NCBI GenBank assembly: GCA_016215465.1
Contig: JACRJT010000052.1
Coordinates: 22,113 to 54,112, forward strand
Reading direction: 5' to 3'
DNA: 32,000 nucleotides
Source of the DNA: Nitrososphaerota archaeon
Lineage (GTDB): Archaea > Thermoproteota > Nitrososphaeria > Nitrososphaerales > Nitrosopumilaceae
The position numbers and the translations under genes were made by a program. The notes beneath the pieces are model-generated. The model worked only from the letters and a program-made list of their open reading frames with translations, was not told the DNA's origin and did no database searches. Below are positions 31,841 to 32,000 of the stretch, one piece after another. Positions within the stretch are counted from its first letter, which is position 1. Every line of letters begins with the position of its first letter.

Positions 31841-32000
31841 TTATTTTCCGCCCTGTTCTGGAATGGTTGAAAGGGTACTTGTCGATATCACGTTTGGAAT
31901 TTTGCGGATTTGTTTGGTTACGATATCAGATACTATTTTGTGGGTTTGTCCCTGGACCTTGATGAAGATATCATACATTCCATATGTACCGTGCGCCTCT
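31841..32000 (-). CDS. Lrp/AsnC-family protein, C-terminal ligand-binding (RAM) domain; 5' end beyond the window
   Basis: My own translation of the minus strand to the window edge gives ...EAHGTYGMYDIFIKVQGQTHKIVSDIVTKQIRKIPNVISTSTLSTIPEQGGK*. The G.YD...KV....... pattern followed by I..V.ST.TL is typical of AsnC-type effector domains. Confidence 0.6.
   Translation of the reverse strand, partial: EAHGTYGMYDIFIKVQGQTHKIVSDIVTKQIRKIPNVISTSTLSTIPEQGGK

Noticed and set aside
1-32000. Search for CRISPR arrays, transposases, integrases, toxin-antitoxin pairs or other defence and mobile gene sets.
   Set aside because: No regularly spaced direct repeats and no ORF with recognisable transposase, integrase, Cas, nuclease or toxin motifs were seen. 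The only repeat systems are the short elements reported above.

Overview
Visibly AT-rich archaeal chromosomal segment with compact, mostly overlapping or closely abutting genes. Gene content points to a Nitrosopumilus-like ammonia-oxidising thaumarchaeon: eS4, an Rpp29 gene inside the r-protein operon, proteasome alpha, archaeal-type HMG-CoA synthase and an ESCRT-III/CdvB paralog. This lineage call is inference, since no search was run. Left to right: the 3' part of HMG-CoA synthase, then small accessory genes (membrane protein, cupin, YwbE-like). A signalling island follows, with two soluble histidine kinases, a coiled-coil protein and a receiver-only response regulator. Next is a biotin cluster (bioD divergent from bioA-bioB-bioF), then a CcdA plus membrane-anchored thioredoxin pair and a solitary CdvB/ESCRT-III gene. 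An accessory stretch (14-17.8 kb) holds hypothetical genes, two paralogous small secreted Cys-motif proteins, a Nudix hydrolase, a 459-bp non-coding gap and tRNA-Asn. A 7.8-kb minus-strand ribosomal protein operon runs uL3 to uL6, includes a uS14 gene below the ORF-track size cutoff, and lacks uL2. The remainder is a SPOUT methyltransferase, proteasome alpha, DUF371, an ArsR-like regulator, purC, a secreted sugar-dehydrogenase-like beta-propeller with an unusual C-terminal module, and a partial Lrp/AsnC gene. No CRISPR array, transposase, integrase or recognisable defence genes were seen. The main unexplained signal is a perfect 25-nt quasi-palindromic element present three times, plus degenerate copies, at fixed geometry upstream of the small secreted-protein genes, a zinc-ribbon gene and tRNA-Asn. 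Two long repeat-rich, G/C-run-containing intergenic regions (16.2-16.7 kb and 28.4-28.7 kb) also look like structured RNA or repeat elements. All family assignments come from reading the translated ORFs, and no database search was possible.
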